Assembly: GCA_041690135.1 (NCBI GenBank)
Contig: JAWLHY010000001.1
Location: 1,536,001-1,600,000 of the forward strand
DNA length: 64,000 nucleotides
From: Armatimonadota bacterium
Lineage (GTDB): Bacteria > Armatimonadota > SYMT01
Direction of reading: 5' to 3'
In this document: in pieces, positions 31,517 through 41,350 of the stretch
How the letters are laid out: every line of letters starts with the position of its first letter
How positions within the stretch are numbered: the first letter of the stretch is position 1
Translations under genes and position numbers: made by a program
The notes under the pieces: model-generated
The model's input: the letters and a program-made list of their open reading frames with translations, nothing else
Told to the model about the DNA's origin: nothing
Databases searched by the model: none

Positions 31517-33885
31517 CCGGTGAGGGCACCGATCAGGGACCGAAGTTTCTCGGGATCCACGGGCTTTGTCAGATGATGATCGAAGCCCGCCTCCCGGGCT
31601 CGCTGCCGGTCCTCGACTCCTCCGTAACCCGTAAGCGCTACCAGGACCGGTTTGGCGGCTACCGCGCATGAGGCGTGGGAACTGCGCCGTCCCACCGTTT
31701 GCGCGGCGGGTGCCGGTACCGTTTGGAGCCGCCGGGCCACCTCGTAACCATCGAGACCGGGAAGGCCAATATCCAGCAACACCAACTCCGGCGCGAACTC
31801 CGCGGCGGCGGTCAGGGCTGCCTCCCCATCGGCCGCGTGCCGCACCTGGTAGCCCCACAGTTCCAGCATTTCCCGCATCACCTCTGCGGAGTCGCGGTTG
31901 TCTTCTACCAGCAACACCCGCCTGGAAGCATTCCGATCGAGAGCCGTCACCCTGTCCCCGATCACCTCGCCGGCCCCTTCGCACTGGATGAAGTACGGAT
32001 CCGTTGCAGCGGATCGCTCCACCCGCAGGATGGGCAGCCGTAAGGTGAACTCCGCTCCGTGGCCGGGCCCATCGGAATGGGCGGTCACCATTCCTCCATG
32101 CATCTCGATGAGCTGTTTCACCAACGTCAAGCCAATCCCCAGTCCTCCCATCGACCGGTCTATAGTCGTGTCGACCTGGGTGAAGAGGTCGAAAATCTGG
32201 GGCAGCATTTCGCGCGGGATCCCGCGACCCGTGTCCCGAATGCGGATCTCCAGGCGCTCTCCCTCTCCCTCTACTTTGGCTTCCAGCCAGATCCGGCCCC
32301 CCGGCTCGGTGTATTTCGACGCGTTGTTCAGCAAGTTGGAGATCACCTGTGCCAGGCGGGTCGCATCCCCATGCAGCCACACGCGCTCTTCCGGCAGGCG
32401 GACGGTCAATTGGTGGCACCGGCCGCGGATGTGAGGTTGGCTCGTCTGGACGCTGTTCTCGACCAGATCTCGGAGGATCAGGTCCTCCTTGCGAAGTTCC
32501 ACCGTCCCTCGCGTGATCCGGTTGATGTCGAGCAGGTCATCCACCAGCCGGGCCAGGTGCCGCGCCTGGCGTTCGATGATCTCGTGAAAACGCTGCGCTT
32601 GCGGATCATTCGCACCGCGGCGGCGCAAGACGGTGACCGCGTTGAGGATCGGGGCCAGCGGGTTCCGTAACTCGTGTCCGAGCATCGCCAGGAACTCGTT
32701 CTTGCGGCGGTCGTGGTACTGGGCGAGATCCGCCCGCCGCCGGTCGGAGATGTCGTGGAGTACCAGTACGCCAGCGAGCCGTTCGTCCGGCGAGGTGGGT
32801 ATGGACTGCGTGCTGGCCAGGACCACCCGGTCCGCTTCGTCCGGCCCCGGCCAGCGGAGTTCCAGGTTCCGGCGCTCGGCGCCGGGAGTGGTGGGCTGCA
32901 ACTCGACGCGCGAGCCCGCGCCGGATCGAGGGCCGTTCTCATACCGGAGACCCAGGCGCTCTGGCCATTCCGAAAGGGGTGTGCCCAGGGCATCGGCATC
33001 CACCAGGGAACGCGCGGCCCGGTTCAGGTGAATCGGGATTCCGGCGGTGTCGTAGGCGATAATCCCGTCGGCTACGCTTTCCAGCACGGCCTGTAACAGT
33101 TCCCGTTCCTGCTTCAGCGTTGCTTCCGCGCGCTGGCGTTCCGCGATCTCCTCCGTAAGCTTCGCATTTGCCTGCCGGAGCCGGTCCAGGTATAGCCAGT
33201 AGGAGTAATACAACAGGTAGAGGGGCGCGATGAAAGCCAGCGACCACGCGCCCACGGACCGGAATCCCAACCACACCACCGCGGCGGCCAGTGCGGAGAC
33301 AAAGAAGTTGGGAGAGGTCCAGAGAAAATGCTCCCGCCAGATATTCCAGGGGCTCTTCCCCTGCTTTAAAGCAATAGCCAGGGAAATGCCCGCGCTGTTA
33401 CAGAGGAAGTAGACCGCCGTGAACAGGGAAAGCGCCGCAATTCTGCCGAGGTCGCCGGGAGGGCTCATCGGCGTCGTAACCCCGAAGACCAGCGAAGCCA
33501 GCAGGCAGACGATTCCGCAGTGTGCCGGGTTGAACAGGATCTGGTGGAGCGGCTGACGCTGAAGCTGAACCCGCCACCCACCCTGCGGAGAACGCACCAC
33601 CGTTGTCACCAGCGCCCCCACGGCCGCACACGCCACGGCCGTCTGGCTCCCCTGCAGCAGAAGCGCCATGCATACCAGGGAGAAAACCGGCGTCATCCGC
33701 CCCTGGAAGGCGGTGAGCTCCACCTTCCAGGTTGCCACCAGGGCCGTAAGGAGTACTAATGTCGTTGCCAGGGCCGGGTTGACCGGTGAGGGCAGTTGGG
33801 CGAATACCCAACCCGCCGGAGCCACGGCCAACACGTGGGCCACAACGTAGACTTGTAACCTGTAGGGCAGCTTGCAAAAGGTCAT
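31513..33885 (-). CDS. Hybrid sensor histidine kinase (multi-TM sensor, PAS-like, HisKA, HATPase, REC)
   Basis: LGHELRNPL, NLLNNASKYT, DTGRGI, GGLGIGL, LLDIGLPGLDG; start MTFCKL. Confidence 0.92.
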   Translation of the reverse strand: MTFCKLPYRLQVYVVAHVLAVAPAGWVFAQLPSPVNPALATTLVLLTALVATWKVELTAFQGRMTPVFSLVCMALLLQGSQTAVACAAVGALVTTVVRSPQGGWRVQLQRQPLHQILFNPAHCGIVCLLASLVFGVTTPMSPPGDLGRIAALSLFTAVYFLCNSAGISLAIALKQGKSPWNIWREHFLWTSPNFFVSALAAAVVWLGFRSVGAWSLAFIAPLYLLYYSYWLYLDRLRQANAKLTEEIAERQRAEATLKQERELLQAVLESVADGIIAYDTAGIPIHLNRAARSLVDADALGTPLSEWPERLGLRYENGPRSGAGSRVELQPTTPGAERRNLELRWPGPDEADRVVLASTQSIPTSPDERLAGVLVLHDISDRRRADLAQYHDRRKNEFLAMLGHELRNPLAPILNAVTVLRRRGANDPQAQRFHEIIERQARHLARLVDDLLDINRITRGTVELRKEDLILRDLVENSVQTSQPHIRGRCHQLTVRLPEERVWLHGDATRLAQVISNLLNNASKYTEPGGRIWLEAKVEGEGERLEIRIRDTGRGIPREMLPQIFDLFTQVDTTIDRSMGGLGIGLTLVKQLIEMHGGMVTAHSDGPGHGAEFTLRLPILRVERSAATDPYFIQCEGAGEVIGDRVTALDRNASRRVLLVEDNRDSAEVMREMLELWGYQVRHAADGEAALTAAAEFAPELVLLDIGLPGLDGYEVARRLQTVPAPAAQTVGRRSSHASCAVAAKPVLVALTGYGGVEDRQRAREAGFDHHLTKPVDPEKLRSLIGALTG

Positions 33886-33928
33886 TTTTCCTGCCGGGTG
33901 TTTCGCAATGGCTCTCGTCAGATTCCCG

Positions 33929-35932
33929 TCAGTAAGGGGCAGTAGAATCGTACGGACTGGTCTCCGGATGTGGCTCGTCGTAGTACGGCTCTTGGTAGTA
34001 GGTTTCGTCGTAATACGGGTCGTAGTACGGGTCGTAGTAATATGGCTCGTAGTAGTACGGATCGCTGTACGGCTCGTAGTAGTAGGGGTCGTAGGAGTAC
34101 GGGTCCTCGTAAGGATCGGCGCCCGCTGGTCCGCCGGAAGTCTCGTCCGGAGACGACTCGGGATCCGGGTACTCATCCGGGGGGTAGTAGCTTTCTTCCG
34201 CGCCGGGATCGTACGGTGGTTCCTCGGGTGGATACTCGTAGTATGGGTCGTCGCTCCAGGTGAGCTGTTGGCCCCAACTCTCTTGTTCCGCCTGTACACC
34301 GCTGTCGCGGCTGAAGATGTTGCCTACCCAGGCCAGGTCCGAACCCCAGGGGTCGAGCCGCGCCCAGGCGCTCTGCAGCAAGCCGGCCAGGTCAAGCCCC
34401 TGCAGCAGCGTGTCCTGCCAGATGACCCGCTGTCCCCATGCAAAGGTGAAGCCGGCGATAGTACTCCGCGGGACTACCGTGCTCTGCAGCCATTCAGCGC
34501 CCACGGTCGTGGTCGCTCCCGCCTGGCGCGCCACTTCCACCGCGCCTACGGCGTTCACGCTGCCCGCGCCCTGGGTGAGCAGGGAGAGCCCGGGCGACAG
34601 AGGTTGCCCGCTCGCATCGCGGAGCGCCAGCGGCTGCGCGGTGTACATCAGGAGGGCCTTGGTCGCGTTGGGGGTCAGGCTCGGGTTGGCCTGGAGCATC
34701 AAAGCGACTACGCCAGACACCTGGGCGGAGGCCATGCTCGTTCCCGACATCACCGCGTACGCCGCGGTACTCGACGTTCCCCCGTAGGCCGCCGGGGCGA
34801 TGCGGTGTTGAGGATAGTTGCGGTCCGCCACCGAATCCGGCGCTCGCAGGGACACGATCCGGTTTCCCGGCGCCACGATGTCCGGCTTCGGCAGGTGATC
34901 GACGTAGGTCGGGCCGCGGCTGCTGTAGGAGGCGACGGAATCGTCGCCGCGGAAACGTGTCTCGTGGGTGTTGGTCGCTCCGACCGTGATCGCCGTTGGT
35001 TCGATGCCGGGGCTCAGAATGCCCCCGTACTGCGGCTTTTCGTCGCTCCCCTTGCCGCCGTTGCCCGCGGAACAGACGACCACCAGTCCGTGGCTAACAG
35101 CCTTTCGCACGGCTTTGCAGAGTGGGTCGTTCCGGTAACTCTCTCCGGGCCGGTGCCCGAGTGAAAGGTTGACCACCCGCAGGTTCAGGGCCTTCCGTTG
35201 TTGTACGCACCAGGTCAGTCCCTGGATGATCGTACTGACCTGCCCTTTGCACTCCTCGTCCAGCACCTTGACCGCCACGATCTCGGCGGACGGCGCGCTG
35301 CCCCGGAACTGACCGTTCGAAGCCGCGCCACTTCCGGCGACGATCCCCGCAACGTGCGTGCCGTGCCCGCTGTCGTCGTAAGGGGTCCTCCGGCCGTTGA
35401 CCAGGTCCTTCCATGCGACCGTGCGGTTGCTCCCGGTTGTGCCGCTGAGATCGGCGGCCTGAGGGTGGAGACCGGTATCGAGGATGGCGACTCGGATGCC
35501 CCTGCCGGTCGCTCCGGGTTGTACCCACACCTGGTTGGCTCCCAGTGTCTCGGTATCCCGATCCCAGCGCGCTCCCACCTTTCGGTCCGGCGAGATCCAC
35601 GCGACCAGGGGGTCGAGGCTCAACAGGGGCAAAGTGGCCTGGGGAACGGAAAGGACGGTCGCATTGATCAACGGCAGGTCCCCCAGCCACTGCGCCCGAT
35701 AGGTGAGGGCGAGGAGGGAGCTGAGGATGCCGGTCCGGTTCAACTGCACGATCACGCGCACGGGACGCAGCGACAGCGGATCGCGTTGGACCTGCGCCTG
35801 CAGATCCGGGGAGAGCCCCCCGGCTGCGGCCGGCGTCGCTGGAAGGGTGCAGAGCAGAGACAACAGGCAAGCCACGAACCATCGCGTGCGGCAGAGTGCT
35901 GATCGCAACGTTTTACTCCTTCGGTCTTTCAT
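33929..35932 (-). CDS. Secreted S8 serine peptidase with Trp-spaced segment and Tyr/Asp/Pro-rich tail
   Basis: ILDTG, HGTHVAG, GTSMAS; tail of DPYY/EPYY repeats; start MKDRRS. Confidence 0.9.
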   Translation of the reverse strand: MKDRRSKTLRSALCRTRWFVACLLSLLCTLPATPAAAGGLSPDLQAQVQRDPLSLRPVRVIVQLNRTGILSSLLALTYRAQWLGDLPLINATVLSVPQATLPLLSLDPLVAWISPDRKVGARWDRDTETLGANQVWVQPGATGRGIRVAILDTGLHPQAADLSGTTGSNRTVAWKDLVNGRRTPYDDSGHGTHVAGIVAGSGAASNGQFRGSAPSAEIVAVKVLDEECKGQVSTIIQGLTWCVQQRKALNLRVVNLSLGHRPGESYRNDPLCKAVRKAVSHGLVVVCSAGNGGKGSDEKPQYGGILSPGIEPTAITVGATNTHETRFRGDDSVASYSSRGPTYVDHLPKPDIVAPGNRIVSLRAPDSVADRNYPQHRIAPAAYGGTSSTAAYAVMSGTSMASAQVSGVVALMLQANPSLTPNATKALLMYTAQPLALRDASGQPLSPGLSLLTQGAGSVNAVGAVEVARQAGATTTVGAEWLQSTVVPRSTIAGFTFAWGQRVIWQDTLLQGLDLAGLLQSAWARLDPWGSDLAWVGNIFSRDSGVQAEQESWGQQLTWSDDPYYEYPPEEPPYDPGAEESYYPPDEYPDPESSPDETSGGPAGADPYEDPYSYDPYYYEPYSDPYYYEPYYYDPYYDPYYDETYYQEPYYDEPHPETSPYDSTAPY

Positions 35933-36096
35933 CCGAATACCTCGGCAACTTTCCGTGCTTCTGGCTCCTTCGTTGGGCGGACCCGTCCTGATTCGCCCTC
36001 CATCAAGCGGCGAAAGTGCCCTCGCCTGCTCGTTCTGGACGTCCGCATGGCACCCGCCACATTCGTCGAGAGTGGAAAGGATGGGCGCCTGGCTGC

Positions 36097-36138
36097 TAAA
36101 AACCGAAACGGCGGGTCCGCCTGGAGCGGACCCGCCGT
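36097..36138 (-). terminator. Terminator-like hairpin about 165 nt upstream of the S8 start
   Basis: Perfect 13-bp stem ACGGCGGGTCCGC/GCGGACCCGCCGT followed on the minus strand by TTCGGTTTTT. Confidence 0.45.
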
Positions 36139-36509
36139 GATTGAACGGGAAGGGTCTGGGTGCCGGGTGAACCCGGTGAGGTAAATTGCTTCGACGCGGA
36201 CCATAACAGCGGGTGGCGGAATTGCGATCGCCGGTCCAGTTCACCCAAATTATCGGAGATTCCACAGAGGCGCTTCAGGACGGGCGGGAGTGTTTCCGCG
36301 CTTGCCCATCCGGTCTGAGGAGCCTGTTTCCGGACGCACGGCCGATGGGGCCGCTGGTGCCGATGGGAGAGCTTGCTGGTTCGACCGGAAAGAAACTGCG
36401 GATGTTCCCTGCTAAAGCAGATCCGGCAGGGGAGCCGCGCGCGGACGGCCAACGTATACCTATCAAGATGGGCAAGGCTGCTCGATATCGGAAAAGGAGT
36501 AAACAGGTT

Positions 36510-37220
36510 ATGTTGCGAAGGAACGCGGCCCTCGCGCTTCTTGCGGCCGGATCGGCGTTGCTGGGGGGGACTTCCGGCCAGGCTGCGCCGGCCAAGAAAG
36601 CGACGGCTAAGAAGGCCCCGGTGAAAAAAGCGACGGCCAAGAAGGCGCCGGTCAAAAAGGCCCCCGCAAAGCCTGCCGCCAAGACCGCTGCCGCGCCCGC
36701 CGCTGCCCCCAACGCGGCGATCACGGCTCTTGAAAAGTCCGGCGGACGGGTGATGGAAATCGCGCAGAATGACGACCGCCTGGAGGTGAGCCTCCATCTG
36801 GCCGGTGGCGCGGTGAACGATGCAACCCTGATGCCGCTGAAGTCGCTCAAAAAGGTGGTGCGGGTCAATCTGGCCAATACCGCCATTACGGATGCCGGCC
36901 TGGCCAACATCGCCGGTTTGAGCGACTTGAATAATCTCCATCTGGAGAACACCAAGATCACCGACGCCGGCCTGGCGCACCTCAAAAATCTCAAGAAGCT
37001 CGAGTACCTCAACATCTACGGCACGGGGGTTACGGACGCCGGCCTGGATCATCTCACCGGGCTGACCGGCCTGAAGCACCTCTACGTGTGGATGACTAAG
37101 GTCACCCCCGCTGGGGTGGAGAAACTCAAGAAGGCCTTGCCGGGCTGCGAAATCGTCACCGGTTTCGACGTGGCGCCCGCCCCGGCCACCGCTAATGCCG
37201 CCGCTCCCGAGAAGAAATAG
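36510..37220 (+). CDS. Exported leucine-rich repeat protein with PAKK-rich N-terminus
   Basis: AAGGAG RBS, signal peptide, AKKA repeats, repeated LxxTxITDAGLxxL units. Confidence 0.85.
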   Translation: MLRRNAALALLAAGSALLGGTSGQAAPAKKATAKKAPVKKATAKKAPVKKAPAKPAAKTAAAPAAAPNAAITALEKSGGRVMEIAQNDDRLEVSLHLAGGAVNDATLMPLKSLKKVVRVNLANTAITDAGLANIAGLSDLNNLHLENTKITDAGLAHLKNLKKLEYLNIYGTGVTDAGLDHLTGLTGLKHLYVWMTKVTPAGVEKLKKALPGCEIVTGFDVAPAPATANAAAPEKK

Positions 37221-37439
37221 GCGGCGCCGGATCCGGTCCGTTCGGCCTCCAGAGGCCGAGGACCCATGGGTTTACGGGGAAGGGTGTGGGCCGCACCCTT
37301 CCCCGCTCTTTGTACGGTCTCCGGTTCAAAGCAGGACACTGCACCGGAGCCGGCGCGCCGCCTTCCCGTTTATCTTGCCGCTCGGTTCAGGAATAACCGG
37401 CTAGGGAAGACTGGAACCAACGGGAAGGCGAGGGGAAGT

Positions 37440-38171
37440 GTGAAGACGAGCAGGAGGGGCCTGCTGGCTTGCGTGCTGGCAGTGGGGCTATCCGCACAGC
37501 AACGGCCGGCGAGCGCACAGGAAGTCACCATCGACGGGGTCTCGTTCGCGGACCGTCCGGGGGTACTATTCGTACCCATCCGGGATGCGGCGGAGGCGTT
37601 GGGCTGGTCGGTCCGTTGGGACGCGCAGGAGGAACGGGCTTATCTCGAGGGGAAGCCCGTGCCGGACACAGAAAGCCGGCAACTGCCGGACAGCAGCACC
37701 CTGCTACCGATCCGCGCGCTCGAAGGCTGGGGCGCGGAGGTCCGCTGGCACGCGGACCGGAACGCCGCGCGACTCCGGTACCAGGATCGCGAAGCCTGGG
37801 TGCGCTACGGCGAGAAACGAGTGGCGATCAACCGCGCAACCCAGCGAATGCGAGCCTGGCAGGGAGACCGGCTGGTCCTGGACACGCGAGTGAGCACGGG
37901 CCGCCGCGGGCACGGCACGCCCACCGGGCGTTTCACGGCGGGCCCCTATCGCGCCCGGATGCATTATTCCAGCCTGTACGACAATGCACCCATGCCCTGG
38001 AGTATCCAGGTAAGCGGGAATATCTTCATCCACGGCTTTCACAGTGTGCCGCCTCGGGCCGCCTCGCACGGCTGTATCCGCGTGCCGCTCTATGGCGGCA
38101 ATCCCGCCCGCTGGCTGTACCGCTGGATGGATAACGGCACTCCAATCGTGATCGCGGACGGCTGGGCATAA
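37440..38171 (+). CDS. L,D-transpeptidase (YkuD) family protein with copper-amine-oxidase-N-like domain
   Basis: FVPIRDAAEALGWSVRWD; VSTG, TPTG, IFIHG, SHGCIR. Confidence 0.88.
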   Translation: MKTSRRGLLACVLAVGLSAQQRPASAQEVTIDGVSFADRPGVLFVPIRDAAEALGWSVRWDAQEERAYLEGKPVPDTESRQLPDSSTLLPIRALEGWGAEVRWHADRNAARLRYQDREAWVRYGEKRVAINRATQRMRAWQGDRLVLDTRVSTGRRGHGTPTGRFTAGPYRARMHYSSLYDNAPMPWSIQVSGNIFIHGFHSVPPRAASHGCIRVPLYGGNPARWLYRWMDNGTPIVIADGWA

Positions 38172-38218
38172 TGTCCTGGGGGAACTCCGGAAAGGGAGGT
38201 CCCCCTGCGCGCGCCCCG

Positions 38219-39115
38219 TCAACCGCGTCGCGACCGCGACAGCCCTACCCCCAGGAGGGTCACCAGCGCCACACCGGCCAGCGTCAACGGAACGGGGTCG
38301 GGTCGTGGTGGCGGCAGCGAGACGATGCCGTGCTCATCCGTTTCCGCCGGATGCCCGACGTAGCGCCCCTGTCGCGGGACAGGAAACTGCTCTGCCAGTG
38401 CGGTGAGTTGGGCCGCCACCTCCGGTCCGCGCATCGGATGCCCGTGACCGGTAGCGGCCGTCCAGGGTTCCAACTCCGCGAGGCGCCGCACCGATTCCCG
38501 GGCCTGCGCCCAATCACAGGTGTAGTAGTTGGGGGGCCGGTAGATCGTCGGCTGCCCGGAAACCACCCCCCACGGCGAGTCCTGGTTCATCGTCACGAAG
38601 GCGTCTCCCGCAATGAGCGTGCGATCCTCGCGGCGGTAGAAGGAGACATGACCCGGTGAATGACCCGGCGTGGGCAGCCACTCCCAGCCCGAGAGACCGG
38701 GCACCTCGCCTTCCGGAAGTTCCGCCAGCCGCTCCGGTGCCGTGGGGGTTCCCGATGGAAAGAGCCGGGAGAGTTGCGCCATGAAGCCGCCGACCGTCGG
38801 GTCCGGAGGCGGGTACTTCGACTCCCCTGTTAGATAGGGGAATTCCAGGCGATGGGCATAGACCGGCACCTCCCACGCGCGCGCCAGCTCCGGCAGGGCG
38901 CCGGTATGGTCGAAGTGCCCGTGGGTCAAATGGATGGCGGTGGGTCGCGCTCCCGCGCCATACCGTGCTTCCGCCGCACTGCGGATCTTGCCCGCGTATC
39001 CCGGCAGACCGGCATCAACGAGCGCCCAACTTCCGCCTCCCCCATCCAGGAGGTAAGCGTTGGTGATCGCCACGGGTATCCGGATCACTCCCGGCGCAAT
39101 CTCATGCGGGTCCAT
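38219..39115 (-). CDS. MBL-fold metallo-hydrolase
   Basis: LVDAG, THGHFDH, TPGHSPGH, AGDA, GHG; C-terminal hydrophobic tail. Confidence 0.9.
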   Translation of the reverse strand: MDPHEIAPGVIRIPVAITNAYLLDGGGGSWALVDAGLPGYAGKIRSAAEARYGAGARPTAIHLTHGHFDHTGALPELARAWEVPVYAHRLEFPYLTGESKYPPPDPTVGGFMAQLSRLFPSGTPTAPERLAELPEGEVPGLSGWEWLPTPGHSPGHVSFYRREDRTLIAGDAFVTMNQDSPWGVVSGQPTIYRPPNYYTCDWAQARESVRRLAELEPWTAATGHGHPMRGPEVAAQLTALAEQFPVPRQGRYVGHPAETDEHGIVSLPPPRPDPVPLTLAGVALVTLLGVGLSRSRRG

Positions 39116-39168
39116 TGCTACACCGTTTTCTTCCCATGCAAAGGCAGTCCACCCTACTGCGATGCGGT

Positions 39169-39194
39169 TTACCCGGTGCCAAGGAGCGCAAAAC
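39169..39194 (-). promoter_or_regulatory. SigB-type promoter
   Basis: GTTTTG-N14-GGGTAA about 55 nt before the MBL start. Confidence 0.5.
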
Positions 39195-39288
39195 TGCGTT
39201 TCCCCCTTTACTTTCGGGTCGCCGGGATAGATACTAAGCCTGCTGGCATACCGTCCTACCGGCGGCGAGGTTGAAGGTGTATCTGCGA

Positions 39289-39930
39289 ATGACAACGCTC
39301 CGTAGCAAGCAATGGGTGGGCGGAACGCTCCTGGCGCTGGTGATGGCGGGAACTCCGGCAGCAGCGCAGACCACCACGATCGACTTTGAAGCCGATACCC
39401 CGGGACCCCTCCCCAACAGCTTTTTCAGCGTTCAGTCGGACAAGGTCTCGTTCAGCGACTCCGTGGGCGCCGATCTCGGGATCAGCACGTACGATGAGAG
39501 CAACGGTACGCGCGGACTCGGGGTCGGCGGCCGCGACACCAGCGGTCTCGTACTCAACTTCTCGGTAATCGTCAACGCGCTGAGCCTCTCGTTCGGGAAC
39601 GACAACGATTTCAACTCGAATACCGCCCGGCTCCGGGTGTTCCGCGATGGCACGGAGGTCGGGGTAAGGCGGCTTACCGTGAATGGAGACGACCTTGGCA
39701 ACCAGACGATCGGAATCTCCGGGGTAAGCTTCAATCGCGCTATCTTCGATTACACCCACCTGGTGGGCGGAATTGAGACCGAAGGCAACCAGGAAGAGAT
39801 CGTGGACAACATCGTCTTCACCGAGGGGGAAGCCACCGTTCCGGAACCGGGATCCCTGGTACTCTTCCTTGCCGCCCTCGCGGGCCTATGGGTGACGCGG
39901 CGACGTCGCCCGTCCTCCCCCCAGCCGTAA
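39289..39930 (+). CDS. PEP-CTERM sorting domain protein
   Basis: Signal peptide, TIDFE, C-terminal VPEPGSLVLFLAALAGLWVTRRRR. Confidence 0.92.
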   Translation: MTTLRSKQWVGGTLLALVMAGTPAAAQTTTIDFEADTPGPLPNSFFSVQSDKVSFSDSVGADLGISTYDESNGTRGLGVGGRDTSGLVLNFSVIVNALSLSFGNDNDFNSNTARLRVFRDGTEVGVRRLTVNGDDLGNQTIGISGVSFNRAIFDYTHLVGGIETEGNQEEIVDNIVFTEGEATVPEPGSLVLFLAALAGLWVTRRRRPSSPQP

Positions 39931-39995
39931 CCAATTCGGCACCCGCAGTTGTGTTTTCCTTGACTTCCGCCCCGAAGTGACGTCTATCACATCGG

Positions 39996-40104
39996 TAAGG
40001 GCTTGTTGTATTGGCAAGGGCACAACCTTATTTAGAGTGTCGTTAGCCCCCGATTTGCCGACCAGCACCGTCGCGCTTGCTGGCGGCGTGCAACAAGCCC
40101 CCTA
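39996..40104 (+). ncRNA. Candidate structured RNA or leader
   Basis: GGGCTTGTTGTA/TGCAACAAGCCC and TTGGCAAG/CTTGCTGG stems; TTGACT-N19-TATCAC just upstream. Confidence 0.35.
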
Positions 40105-40451
40105 ACGTGTCGGTACGCTGAACACCCATTCGGCACTGCCGCACTCAGCATCCCGGAGCGGATAACCCTCACTCCGCTCCAGGCACCGGCCTACCACGGT
40201 CGGGACTTTGTTTACGGAGCGGGTGGATGTTTCGAACCGGCCGTACAGGAGTACCAGCGCACGCATCCGCCCACTCTCCATCGATGCACAACCAATCCCG
40301 TCACCGCTGAGCGCATACGGCACGGTTCAGTCGCGTTGAGGGTTGAGGCCACAAGCAAGAGGATAGAGTCATTAAACTTCGCAACCTCCGGCTCTGGGAT
40401 CGCCTGGGCTGGGCACTTACCAGTTGCTCCGAAGAATGGCGACGTGAATGG

Positions 40452-41273
40452 TTGGATCGTCGCCTCCAGGTCGAGAAGCTTTACGGTTGGATCTTCATTC
40501 TGGGGGTCAATAACTCCGGTACCACCGTTCTCACCCGGCTGCTCCAGCAGCATCCGGAAATTCGCGGGCTTCCCCGGGAGGGGCAGATCCTCTCCAACGC
40601 CTTTCCCAGGCCCCGCTACAATGGCGTGGGACGTCTCTGGAGTCTCCGTCCCGACCTGTTCCACTGGACCGAGGCGCACGACCCGGCGCCGGCAGCCCGT
40701 GTCCGGTACGACTGGCTTCCGCACTTTCCGCGGGGACGCGGCTTCCTTCTGGAAAAGAGCCCGCCGAACACGCTCCGCAGCCGCTGGCTTCAGCGGTACT
40801 TCGCGCCGGCACACTTTCTGGGCATCGTGCGCAGTCCCTACGCCACCTGCGAAGGAATCCGGCGGCGCTCGGGCTGCGACCTCGCGGACGCCGCACGCCA
40901 CTGGTCGACCAGCATGGAGATCATGCTGAGCGATGCGGAACACCTCGAGCGGTTTTACTGGTTCCGCTATGAGGACTTGACCGCAGAGCCCGACTGCTAC
41001 CTGGGGAGAATCGAGCAGTTCCTCGGGTTGGAGACGCCCTTCGATCGGGCTGGGGTCACCACGGTGAATGCCCACAGCATCGACGGGACGACGACGGGCC
41101 TCCGGAACATGAACCCCAAGAGCCTGGCACGTCTACAGCCGGATGACTTCGACACCATCAACCGGATCGCCGGCCCTACGATGGAGCGCCTTGGCTACGA
41201 GCAACTCTACTCACCCGGTACGCCGGAGCGTCTGCGCCCGGTCGCAACGGCCCGGCAGGTGGTGCGCTCCTAA
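40452..41273 (+). CDS. Sulfotransferase family protein
   Basis: IFILGVNNSGTT, EKSP, IVRSP, FRYEDL. Confidence 0.85.
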   Translation: MDRRLQVEKLYGWIFILGVNNSGTTVLTRLLQQHPEIRGLPREGQILSNAFPRPRYNGVGRLWSLRPDLFHWTEAHDPAPAARVRYDWLPHFPRGRGFLLEKSPPNTLRSRWLQRYFAPAHFLGIVRSPYATCEGIRRRSGCDLADAARHWSTSMEIMLSDAEHLERFYWFRYEDLTAEPDCYLGRIEQFLGLETPFDRAGVTTVNAHSIDGTTTGLRNMNPKSLARLQPDDFDTINRIAGPTMERLGYEQLYSPGTPERLRPVATARQVVRS

Positions 41274-41306
41274 AACCCCGCCCTTTTCCCTATCTCCAAT
41301 ATCCTC

Positions 41307-41338
41307 GCACAGGCACGCTCCGAGGAGCGTGCCTGTGC
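41307..41338. terminator. Hairpin between convergent genes
   Basis: GCACAGGCACGCTCC/GGAGCGTGCCTGTGC inverted repeat. Confidence 0.6.
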
Positions 41339-41350
41339 TGCTTTCCAGTG

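Noticed and set aside
35940-36140. c-di-AMP riboswitch suggested by GGGCGAATC on the minus strand
   Set aside because: The remaining conserved blocks (CCGUCAGCUAAC) are absent
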